DNA of 34,260 nt. It comes from a virus. Its lineage: Duplodnaviria; Caudoviricetes. The stretch covers positions 1 through 34,260 of the IMG/VR virus record IMGVR_UViG_3300025099_004028. One strand, 5' to 3'. The number at the start of each line of letters is the position of its first letter. Position 1 is the stretch's first letter. Shown here in pieces: positions 9,307 to 17,091 of this stretch. Under the pieces are notes generated by a model that saw nothing but the letters and a program-made list of their open reading frames with translations, was not told the DNA's origin and did no database searches. Both the position numbers and the translations under genes were made by a program.

Positions 9307-10031
9307 GTGTTTTAATTACAGGGGCTAGTGGGATGCTTGGTAAAGCCTTGTCAGAGGTTTACCCTGACGCAGATTTGTTATCTGGCCGTTGTGAAGTTGA
9401 CCTTACCAATTTCGAATTAGTAAATAAGTTTTTTCACGGCAAAAGGTATAATACAATTATTCATTGTGCAGCTTATACTGATTTAAATTATTGTGAGCTT
9501 GAGCCGTTGAAAGCTTTTAAGCTGCATGCTACTGTAGTCAGAATACTGCAAGATCATTGTGATAAATTAATTTATATTTCTACAAACCCTACAGATTCTT
9601 TAAGGTATTATTATTTATCAAAACAAAGTGGCGAGGATATTACTTTGCAGAGACCTGACGATTTAGTTATCCGCGCAAACATCTATGGGCTTGGTGGCCT
9701 TTTTGAATGGGCTGTTAATTCTTTAAAGTCTAGTAATAAATTCTTTGGTTATGATGATGTTTTATTTAACCCTGTTAGTGTGTATCAACTTGCTAACTTT
9801 ATATTTAATTACTCCAAGGATTATTTTGGTGTCGTAAATATTTGTAGTGACTCTATACTTTCTAAGTATCAGTTTATTTTGGATGTCGCTAAAAAGTTAA
9901 ATATTGATCCAATTAATTTAGAAGCGTGTAAAAAAAATATCGACTTGGATTTAACCGTGCCGACAGAAAATAACTTCACTTATCCTTATTTAGAAGGTTT
10001 AGATTTCTTATGCAAAAAACTTATTTTATAG
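9303..10031 (+). CDS. RmlD-like NDP-4-keto-6-deoxysugar reductase (SDR)
   Basis: ITGASGMLG, IIHCAAYT, IYISTN, YxxxK (YYLSK). Confidence 0.75.
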   Translation: MSVLITGASGMLGKALSEVYPDADLLSGRCEVDLTNFELVNKFFHGKRYNTIIHCAAYTDLNYCELEPLKAFKLHATVVRILQDHCDKLIYISTNPTDSLRYYYLSKQSGEDITLQRPDDLVIRANIYGLGGLFEWAVNSLKSSNKFFGYDDVLFNPVSVYQLANFIFNYSKDYFGVVNICSDSILSKYQFILDVAKKLNIDPINLEACKKNIDLDLTVPTENNFTYPYLEGLDFLCKKLIL

Positions 10032-11032
10032 CAGATATTGCGGCCAATCACGATGGTGATTTAGAAAGGGCTAAAAATTTATGCCTTTTGGCAAAAGAGG
10101 CGGGTGCTGATGCGGCAAAATTTCAACACTTTAAAGCGTCTACTATTGTTAGCGATAAAGGCTTCAATGATTTAGGCTCTAAACAATCACATCAGTCAGG
10201 TTGGGAAAAATCTATTTTTGAAGTTTATCAAGACGCTTCTGTCCCATTAGATTGGACAAAAGAATTAAAATATTTCTGTGATTCTATTGGTTTAGATTTT
10301 TTTACCACCCCATATGATATTGATTATGTTGATGAGTTAGATGAATTCGTATCTCGTTACAAGATTGGATCTGGCGACATCACTTGGCACAAAATGTTGC
10401 ATAAGGTAGCTTCAAAAGGCAAACAAGTAATAGTAGCCACTGGAGCTAGCAAAATGCGAGAAGTTCTTGAGGCTGTCTCTATTTTGTCAGAATATAATAT
10501 CCCTATTTGTTTAATGCAGTGCAATACAAATTACACTGTTGATTTAGAGAATCATAAATACATAAACTTAAACGTGTTGAAAACTTATGAGAACTTTTAT
10601 CCAAATATAGAACTTGGATTAAGTGACCATACTGCTGGAGATATCACCGTGCTTGGCGCAGTAGCTTTAGGCGCTACTATGGTTGAAAAGCATTTCACAG
10701 ACGATAACAATAGAGAAGGTCCAGATCATCCATTTTCAATGAATCCTAAAAGCTGGAGAGATATGGTTGATAGGACTAGACTTCTTGAATTATCTCTAGG
10801 TGACGGTGATAAAAAAGTTGAAGATAACGAAAAGGAAACTGTTGTCTTACAAAGAAGAAGTATTCGCATAAATAAAGATTTATACGAGGGTTATGAGCTT
10901 TGTGAGGAGGATCTGTATGAAGTGAGACCTTGCCCAGAAAATTGTATTCCTCCATCCAAATCTATTGTCGGTAAAAAACTCACTTGCGATTTACAAAAAG
11001 GCGACTGTATAAAGTATGAGCATATCGAGTGA
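10010..11032 (+). CDS. neuB: Nonulosonate synthase (NeuB/PseI/LegI family) with C-terminal SAF domain
   Basis: IADIAANHDGD, AKFQHF, KIGSGD, GLSDHT, EKHFTD, GPDHPFS, then RRS..RP SAF-like tail; 340 aa. Confidence 0.9.
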   Translation: MQKTYFIADIAANHDGDLERAKNLCLLAKEAGADAAKFQHFKASTIVSDKGFNDLGSKQSHQSGWEKSIFEVYQDASVPLDWTKELKYFCDSIGLDFFTTPYDIDYVDELDEFVSRYKIGSGDITWHKMLHKVASKGKQVIVATGASKMREVLEAVSILSEYNIPICLMQCNTNYTVDLENHKYINLNVLKTYENFYPNIELGLSDHTAGDITVLGAVALGATMVEKHFTDDNNREGPDHPFSMNPKSWRDMVDRTRLLELSLGDGDKKVEDNEKETVVLQRRSIRINKDLYEGYELCEEDLYEVRPCPENCIPPSKSIVGKKLTCDLQKGDCIKYEHIE

Positions 11033-11540
11033 ATACATAAGACTGAGGGCTATAGAAGAATCAGACTTGCCTAAGATTCAGGCTTGGAGAAACAACGAGA
11101 GTCTTAGGAGGTATTTTAGAGAATATAGAGATTTTTCTTTTAGCCAACTTAAATCTTGGTATCATAACATGATATCGGATGATAGATTTGAGTTTTTTAT
11201 TATTGAGTCTTTAGAGGGTGAAAGTTTAGGAGTAGCTGGTTTAACTTATATAGATTGGGTAAACAAACATGCTGATGTACATTTTTATATTGGTAAGAAT
11301 TTTGAATGGATAGATGATAATTATTCACACAAAGCTTTCCCAATTATTCTTGACTATGGTTTCAATAAATTAAATTTAAACAAGCTTTGGGCTGAAATTT
11401 ATGACATAGATCATAAAAAATTAAATTTTTTCAAATCTTACAGATTCAAGCAGGACGCTATTCTTAGAGATCATTATTTCTATGATGGTAAATATGTTAA
11501 CTCAAATATTTTATCTTTATTAAGGCGTGAGTATGAATAA
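11016..11540 (+). CDS. GNAT N-acyltransferase (PseH/RimJ-like)
   Basis: LRAIEESDL..I..WRN, GVAGLTYIDW, YGFNKLNLNKLWAEI, LRDHYF. Confidence 0.8.
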   Translation: MSISSEYIRLRAIEESDLPKIQAWRNNESLRRYFREYRDFSFSQLKSWYHNMISDDRFEFFIIESLEGESLGVAGLTYIDWVNKHADVHFYIGKNFEWIDDNYSHKAFPIILDYGFNKLNLNKLWAEIYDIDHKKLNFFKSYRFKQDAILRDHYFYDGKYVNSNILSLLRREYE

Positions 11541-12204
11541 AGTTCTTATTGTGGCAGCTCATCCAGATGATGAGATATTAGGTTGCGGAGGTCTTTTAAG
11601 TAATTTGAGGGGTCAAGCTGAGTTTAAAGTTGTATTCGTCGCTGAAGGAACGACATGTCGCTACGACAAGCCATCTTGTGAAGAAGCTCAAAAAGAAATT
11701 GAATTAAGAAATGGGTTTGCTGTAAAAGCTCTAAACTTTCTAGGTGTAACTAATTATTGTTTCTACAACCTGCCTTGTGGAAGATTAGATAATACTCCTC
11801 AAATTGAAATTAATAAGATAATAGAGAAAGAGATAAAATTATTCTCCCCCGATACTGTTTTTACCCATTCAAATTGTGATAGCAACAAAGATCACCACAA
11901 AGTCTACGATGCTACAATTATTGCTACAAGACCACAATCTTTGGTGAAAAGGGTGTTATCTTATGAAGTTTTAAGTAGTACAGAGTGGGGGTTTGACAAA
12001 GTATTTTCTCCAAATGTATTTTATCCCTTAACAGAAAAAAATGTGCAAGATAAATGGGGCGCTTTAGAATTTTATGAAACAGAAATTAAGGAATTTCCAT
12101 ACCCTAGAAGCGAGAAAGGTATTAAAACCTTAGCTTCATACAGAGGTCTTCAGTCTGGTTATGAAAATGCAGAAGCTTATAAGTTAATAAGGGGGGAGTT
12201 GTGA
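11533..12204 (+). CDS. PIG-L/LmbE family N-deacetylase
   Basis: LIVAAHPDDEILGCGG, PDTVFTH...DH, YETE...PYPRS, AEAY. Confidence 0.88.
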   Translation: MNKVLIVAAHPDDEILGCGGLLSNLRGQAEFKVVFVAEGTTCRYDKPSCEEAQKEIELRNGFAVKALNFLGVTNYCFYNLPCGRLDNTPQIEINKIIEKEIKLFSPDTVFTHSNCDSNKDHHKVYDATIIATRPQSLVKRVLSYEVLSSTEWGFDKVFSPNVFYPLTEKNVQDKWGALEFYETEIKEFPYPRSEKGIKTLASYRGLQSGYENAEAYKLIRGEL

Positions 12205-12857
12205 AGGTTTTGTGTTGCGCTTACAGAGATTGGGCTAATAAGATTTATGCTCATCTAGAAGATAGATTCTCAGATATAACTTTTATAAAGGTTGACTCTA
12301 TGGAGTTTGACTACAGTTGCATAGATCAAATAAAACCTGACTTAATACTTTGGTATGGGTGGAGCAAAATAATACCAAATGAAATTTTAAATAAATATTA
12401 CTCTGTCATGTTGCACCCATCTCCTTTGCCTTTATACAGGGGTGGTAGCCCAATTCAAAATCAAATTATAAATGGGGAAACTGTTAGTGCTGTAACTTTA
12501 TTTAAAATGGATGAGGGTATAGATACTGGGGATATAATTTACCAGAAGCCTTTTGATTTAGATGGTGACTTAGAAGATATTCTCGCTAGAATAATAGATG
12601 TAGGACTCTCTTTAACATACGAAATGCTAAAAAATTTCCCCAACTTAAATCTGACCAAACAAGATAATTTAAATTCTTCTTTCTTTAAAAGAAGGAACCC
12701 TAGTCAGAGCGAAATAACTTTACAAGAATTAAGTGGTTCGAATGCAAAAAACATTTATAATAAGATTAGAGCTTTGCAAGATCCGTATCCTAATGCATTT
12801 TTACGTTTCTCAGATGGCTCTAAACTTTTTTTAACAAAATCTCATTATGAAAAATAA
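12201..12857 (+). CDS. Formyltransferase (Fmt-like, probably sugar N-formyltransferase)
   Basis: LHPSPLPLYRGGSP, MDEGIDTGDI, IRALQDPYPNAF; sugar-cluster context. Confidence 0.85.
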   Translation: MKVLCCAYRDWANKIYAHLEDRFSDITFIKVDSMEFDYSCIDQIKPDLILWYGWSKIIPNEILNKYYSVMLHPSPLPLYRGGSPIQNQIINGETVSAVTLFKMDEGIDTGDIIYQKPFDLDGDLEDILARIIDVGLSLTYEMLKNFPNLNLTKQDNLNSSFFKRRNPSQSEITLQELSGSNAKNIYNKIRALQDPYPNAFLRFSDGSKLFLTKSHYEK

Positions 12858-13524
12858 AAAAGATATTTGCGTTTTAGTTCAAGCTAGACTTGGTTCTCAA
12901 AGAGTTCCTCGTAAAATGATTAGGCCATTTTGCGAGACCACTCTGGTAGATGTTCTTTTTAATAAATTAAAATGTTTAAAATCCCTTCCTCAAAGCAATA
13001 TTTATTTCTCTGCTTATGAAGATGAATTGAAGGAGATAGCCAATAATCATGGGATTAACATTTATCACAGGTCAGAAGCTTCCGCTAAATCTGAAGGCCA
13101 ACCACTTTCTGAAATTTACGAGTGGTATGACAAGCTTCCATTTAAATATGTAATTTTAGTTAGCGCCTGTAACCCCTTGTTAGAAGTTGAGACAATCGAT
13201 TCTTTCATTGATTCTTTCATAGAGTCTGATAAAGAGGGGGCTTTTGCGGTGTTCCCCAAGAAAACTTACTATTGGGACGAGCATGGTAACAATCTTACAG
13301 ATTGGAAAGGCTCCACCATCATGAACACTAAGTTTGTTGACCCTGTTTACGAAGCGGCTCATTGCTTATATGCCTCTAGGATGGATATTATTGGCGATGG
13401 CAACTGGATGGATACGAAGTCACCACCAGAACCTCATCTTGTCGAGATGCAAGAGCTTGAGGCGTTTGATATTGATTACGAATGGCAATTTAAAATCGCA
13501 GAGCTTCTATATAAAAACTTATGA
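12847..13524 (+). CDS. neuA: Acylneuraminate cytidylyltransferase (CMP-nonulosonate synthetase)
   Basis: QARLGSQRVPRKMIRPF nucleotide-binding loop and the C-terminal DIDYEWQF motif. Confidence 0.85.
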   Translation: MKNKKDICVLVQARLGSQRVPRKMIRPFCETTLVDVLFNKLKCLKSLPQSNIYFSAYEDELKEIANNHGINIYHRSEASAKSEGQPLSEIYEWYDKLPFKYVILVSACNPLLEVETIDSFIDSFIESDKEGAFAVFPKKTYYWDEHGNNLTDWKGSTIMNTKFVDPVYEAAHCLYASRMDIIGDGNWMDTKSPPEPHLVEMQELEAFDIDYEWQFKIAELLYKNL

Positions 13525-13814
13525 TTTATTATGTTGATATAGACCATACTATTTTTAACACTCAAGGTATGGATTACGAAAATAGTAAACCAATCATTGA
13601 CAGGATAGAAAAAATCAACAAACTGTATGATGAAGGTCATACCATTGTATACTGGACGGCTAGAGGCTCTGGGTCTGGTAAGGACTGGTCAGAGGTAACT
13701 CAAGAACAGTTTAAACGTTACGGTGTGAAATATCACACTTTAAAATTTGGCAAACCTGTATATGATCTATTTATAGACGATAAGAATATTAATTCAGAAG
13801 TTTATTTTAAATGA
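13521..13814 (+). CDS. Small capless HAD-family phosphatase-like protein
   Basis: YVDIDHTI (DxD), WTARG, KP..DLFIDDK. Confidence 0.75.
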   Translation: MIYYVDIDHTIFNTQGMDYENSKPIIDRIEKINKLYDEGHTIVYWTARGSGSGKDWSEVTQEQFKRYGVKYHTLKFGKPVYDLFIDDKNINSEVYFK

Positions 13815-14839
13815 AGAAAGTAATCATCACAGGAGTCACAGGTCAAGATGGCAGCTTTATGGCTGACTACCTCTTGAAAAATACAGAGCATCTTATTGTT
13901 GCTGGTGTTCGTAGATTAAGCGTTAAGAACCACAAGAATATTGCTCATTTAGTAGATAATCCACGCTTCAAGCTTATTGATCTTGACGTTGCAGATCAAG
14001 CTAACACAGATATAGTAATAGCGGAGGAAAAGCCAGATTACTTCATTAATTTTGCGGCGAATTCTTTTGTGGGCGTAAGTTGGAAAATGCCAGTGAATCA
14101 CATGGAGACTAACGCTATGGCGGTTTTGTATCAACTTGAGGCGATACGCAAACATTGTCCCGAATGTCGATACTACAACGCTGGCTCCTCAGAAGAGTTT
14201 GGGGACGTTTTGCATTCTCCTCAGTCAGAGTCTCACCCTTTGCGCCCAAGAAGCCCGTACGGAGTATCTAAGGCTAGCGCGAGGCATATGGTGAAGGTTT
14301 GGAGAGAGTCTTACGACCTGTATGCTATTCAAGGTTGGTTATTCAATCATGAAGGCACTCGTCGAGGAGAAGAGTTTGTCACTCGTAAAATCACAAAGAA
14401 CGTAGCTCGTATTCAAAAAGAATACGCTAGCGGAGACTTTAAACCTCTAGAATTAGGCAACATAGATGCCTTGCGAGACTGGAGTGACGCTGAAGATTTC
14501 GTCAAAGGTATTTGGTTGATGCTTAATCAAGAAAAACCCAAAGAATATGTTCTTTCTTCAAATGAGACTCATACTATTCGTGAGTTTGTCGAGGAGGCGT
14601 TTAATTTTGCTGGTTTTGGTTTTGAGAAGTGCCGTTGGGATGGTCATGGAGTTAATGAAAAATACATGCATGAAGATAAGATTTTAATGCAGATTAACCC
14701 AGAATTCTATCGACCTGCTGAAGTACACTTGCTTTTAGGAGACTCTTCGTTGGCCAGAAGGGATCTTAATTGGAACCCTCAAACTGATTTCCTTGAATTA
14801 GTGAGGAAAATGGTTGCACACGACATCAAAGAGTGTTAA
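13811..14839 (+). CDS. gmd: GDP-mannose 4,6-dehydratase
   Basis: ITGVTGQDGS, SFVGVSW, PRSPYGVSK, LFNHE, FVTRKIT, LGN.DA.RDW, RPAEV..LLGD. Confidence 0.93.
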   Translation: MKKVIITGVTGQDGSFMADYLLKNTEHLIVAGVRRLSVKNHKNIAHLVDNPRFKLIDLDVADQANTDIVIAEEKPDYFINFAANSFVGVSWKMPVNHMETNAMAVLYQLEAIRKHCPECRYYNAGSSEEFGDVLHSPQSESHPLRPRSPYGVSKASARHMVKVWRESYDLYAIQGWLFNHEGTRRGEEFVTRKITKNVARIQKEYASGDFKPLELGNIDALRDWSDAEDFVKGIWLMLNQEKPKEYVLSSNETHTIREFVEEAFNFAGFGFEKCRWDGHGVNEKYMHEDKILMQINPEFYRPAEVHLLLGDSSLARRDLNWNPQTDFLELVRKMVAHDIKEC

Positions 14840-14842
14840 CCT
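14814..14842 (+). promoter_or_regulatory. Sigma70-like extended -10 promoter for the replication block (leaderless-type)
   Basis: TTGCAC (14814-14819), 17 nt spacer ending in TGt, TAACCT (14837-14842); ATG 6 nt later at 14849. Confidence 0.55.
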
Positions 14843-14848
14843 AACTTT

Positions 14849-15322
14849 ATGCCAAGAGGTAAAAAGCAATGCCCTAGCTGCGGAGATTTAGTCGCAACTA
14901 GGGCTTCTTGTTGTAGCTGTGGTCACATCTTTACGAAAAAGAAAGATGCTAAACCTAAGACCACCAAACCTAAGACCGCTAAACCCAAGATAAGTAAAAT
15001 AGATATCTTGGAAAGACTGGTTGAAGAGCCAAAAAATAATAAAAGTTTTTTTTATGCTAGGGAGATGAAGATGCTGAATGATTTAGTGGATCTCTATTCA
15101 CTTGAATTCATGAATGTCGTCAACCTCGGCAGGAGATTCGAATCCTTAGCTTATTTCAAACATTCAAAAGTTAAGGAAAAGCTTGACAGGAGGTTCAGAG
15201 AGTTTAATTATGTGACAGACAAGTCAAGATACCCCGAATACAATCTAGGTGAAAAAAGTGGCGAAGATCGATTCGTCAAGAGAAAGAAAAAAACATTAAA
15301 AGACTTTTTAGAAGAAGAATAA
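14849..15322 (+). CDS. Hypothetical protein with N-terminal zinc ribbon and KPK repeats
   Basis: CPSC...CSCGH; KPKTTKPKTAKPKIS. Confidence 0.7.
   Translation: MPRGKKQCPSCGDLVATRASCCSCGHIFTKKKDAKPKTTKPKTAKPKISKIDILERLVEEPKNNKSFFYAREMKMLNDLVDLYSLEFMNVVNLGRRFESLAYFKHSKVKEKLDRRFREFNYVTDKSRYPEYNLGEKSGEDRFVKRKKKTLKDFLEEE
14951..14991 (+). repeat. In-frame 15-bp tandem repeat (~2.7 copies)
   Basis: aaacctaagaccacc / aaacctaagaccgct / aaacccaagat. Confidence 0.8.
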
Positions 15323-15323
15323 T

Positions 15324-16454
15324 ATGGCTAATAAAAAAACAGCAGGGACGATAGACTCCAAAAATCTAGTTGGCAATTTTTTGAAGAATAATAAAGAAGA
15401 TCACTTCAACTATGAAGAGCAGGTAAACTACAGGGTATCAAGTGGATCTCTGGAGTTCGACCACCATCTTGATGGAGGCTTTGGCCCCGGCTTGCATAGG
15501 TTTGTCGGAATGAATGAAGGTGGGAAGACTTCAGCCTCTTTAGAAGTCATGAAGAACTTCTTAAAGATGCCTAAATCAAAAGGGGTTTACTTCAAAGCGG
15601 AAGGTAGACTTTCTGACGAAATGATTAAGAGGTGCGGAGTAAAGTTTGTCTTCAATCATGAAGATTGGGAGGAAGGTACATGCTTTGTGTTTGAGTCTAA
15701 TATTTACGAGACTGTAGTAGATTTAATGCGTCAGCTGGTATCCTCAAATGACGAGAAAAATAAATATTGTTTTGTGCTAGACTCTGTTGATGGGTTGATT
15801 AAGAAAGCTGATAACGCGAAAACATTTGAAGATGCTGTTCAAGTAGCTGGAGGAGCAAACATCGCTGCTACATTTATGAAGAAAATGTCAATTGCCCTTG
15901 GGAAAAGGGGTCACATGGCAATTTTTGTTTCTCAGGTTAGAGCGGATATCAAGTTAGACCCATATTCAAAAGCTCCCGTTCGCCAGACAACTGCGACAGG
16001 TGGCAATGCTCTACTTCACTTCGCCAACTGGATCATTGAGTTTGAGCCTCGCTTCGGTGGAGACCAGATACTACTTAATCCATCTGTGAAAAAGATGGAC
16101 CCAAAGACCAATCCAGCTATCGGGCATTATGCTAAAGTTGTTGTAAAAAAATCTCCAAACGAAAAGACTAACACTCGGATATCTTATCCGATCCGTTATG
16201 GAAGAACTGGTGGCAATTCAATCTGGGTAGAGAAGGAGGTCGTTGGAACTCTTGAAGCTTGGGAGTTCATCAAAAAGGCTGGAGCTTGGATTTCGATTAC
16301 AGAAGATTTTAGAGAAGTCCTTTCTGAAGGAGGCTTTTCGCTTCCTGAAAAAGTTCAGGGGGAGAATAAGTTATTTTCTTTGATTGAAGATGACTCGGCT
16401 CTCTGTCAATATTTAGTAGCATATTTTAAAAAAATGTTTAGTGGTCAAGAATGA
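15324..16454 (+). CDS. recA: RecA/UvsX-like recombinase
   Basis: VSSGSLEFD, Walker A GMNEGGKT, Walker B FVLDSV, FVSQVR, TGGNALLHFA. Confidence 0.88.
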   Translation: MANKKTAGTIDSKNLVGNFLKNNKEDHFNYEEQVNYRVSSGSLEFDHHLDGGFGPGLHRFVGMNEGGKTSASLEVMKNFLKMPKSKGVYFKAEGRLSDEMIKRCGVKFVFNHEDWEEGTCFVFESNIYETVVDLMRQLVSSNDEKNKYCFVLDSVDGLIKKADNAKTFEDAVQVAGGANIAATFMKKMSIALGKRGHMAIFVSQVRADIKLDPYSKAPVRQTTATGGNALLHFANWIIEFEPRFGGDQILLNPSVKKMDPKTNPAIGHYAKVVVKKSPNEKTNTRISYPIRYGRTGGNSIWVEKEVVGTLEAWEFIKKAGAWISITEDFREVLSEGGFSLPEKVQGENKLFSLIEDDSALCQYLVAYFKKMFSGQE

Positions 16455-16858
16455 AATTTTACTCTACAGACGGTAAGTTAAGAAATCTTAAAAACCCCAG
16501 AAAATATCACATAGATTGGGAAGCTTCTAGTCGTAGCAAGTTTCAGAAAAGCGTAAAAGATTTTCTATATCCATACTGGAATACTGATGTTGTTTTTGAA
16601 GAGTTTAAAGTTGTCGGTAGTCGATTATCATTAGATTTCTACAACGCTAATAAAAAAATAGCTATTGAAGTTCAAGGCGCTCAACACACAAAGTTTGTTA
16701 AGCATTTTCACAAGAATAGATACAAGTTTTTAGATCAACTTAAAAGAGATCAAAAAAAGCTCGACTTCTGCGAGATCAACGATATAAAACTGGTAGAGAT
16801 ATACCCCAATGACACTGTGGATCAGTCGTTTTTTGAAAACCAAGACATTTACTTATGA
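16451..16858 (+). CDS. Vsr/DUF559-like PD-(D/E)XK endonuclease
   Basis: LDFYNANKKIAIEVQGAQH...RDQKK..FC..NDIKLVEI. Confidence 0.75.
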   Translation: MKFYSTDGKLRNLKNPRKYHIDWEASSRSKFQKSVKDFLYPYWNTDVVFEEFKVVGSRLSLDFYNANKKIAIEVQGAQHTKFVKHFHKNRYKFLDQLKRDQKKLDFCEINDIKLVEIYPNDTVDQSFFENQDIYL

Positions 16859-17091
16859 ACAAAGATGAAGAAGCATTTTCAATCCCAAGTGGGTTTGTAG
16901 AGAAAATATACGAAATCTCTGGAGATTCTGACAAACATAAGGGTGTCATAATGGTTGCAGCTAATGAATCTGGCGACCCAATTGTCTATAGTAAATTTGA
17001 TTCTGCAATCACAGAGTTGGGACTATTGAAAGCTCTTAGTCAGTATCTCACTAGAATGGAAAGTGAAAACGAACAACCTAATGATCTATAG
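16855..17091 (+). CDS. Hypothetical protein
   Basis: 78-aa ORF translationally coupled (ATGA) within the replication operon; no motif recognised. Confidence 0.65.
   Translation: MNKDEEAFSIPSGFVEKIYEISGDSDKHKGVIMVAANESGDPIVYSKFDSAITELGLLKALSQYLTRMESENEQPNDL

Noticed and set aside
12201-12857. Methionyl-tRNA formyltransferase (fmt) as a translation gene
   Set aside because: It is short (218 aa), lacks the typical Fmt N-terminal motif, and is embedded between sugar-modifying genes.
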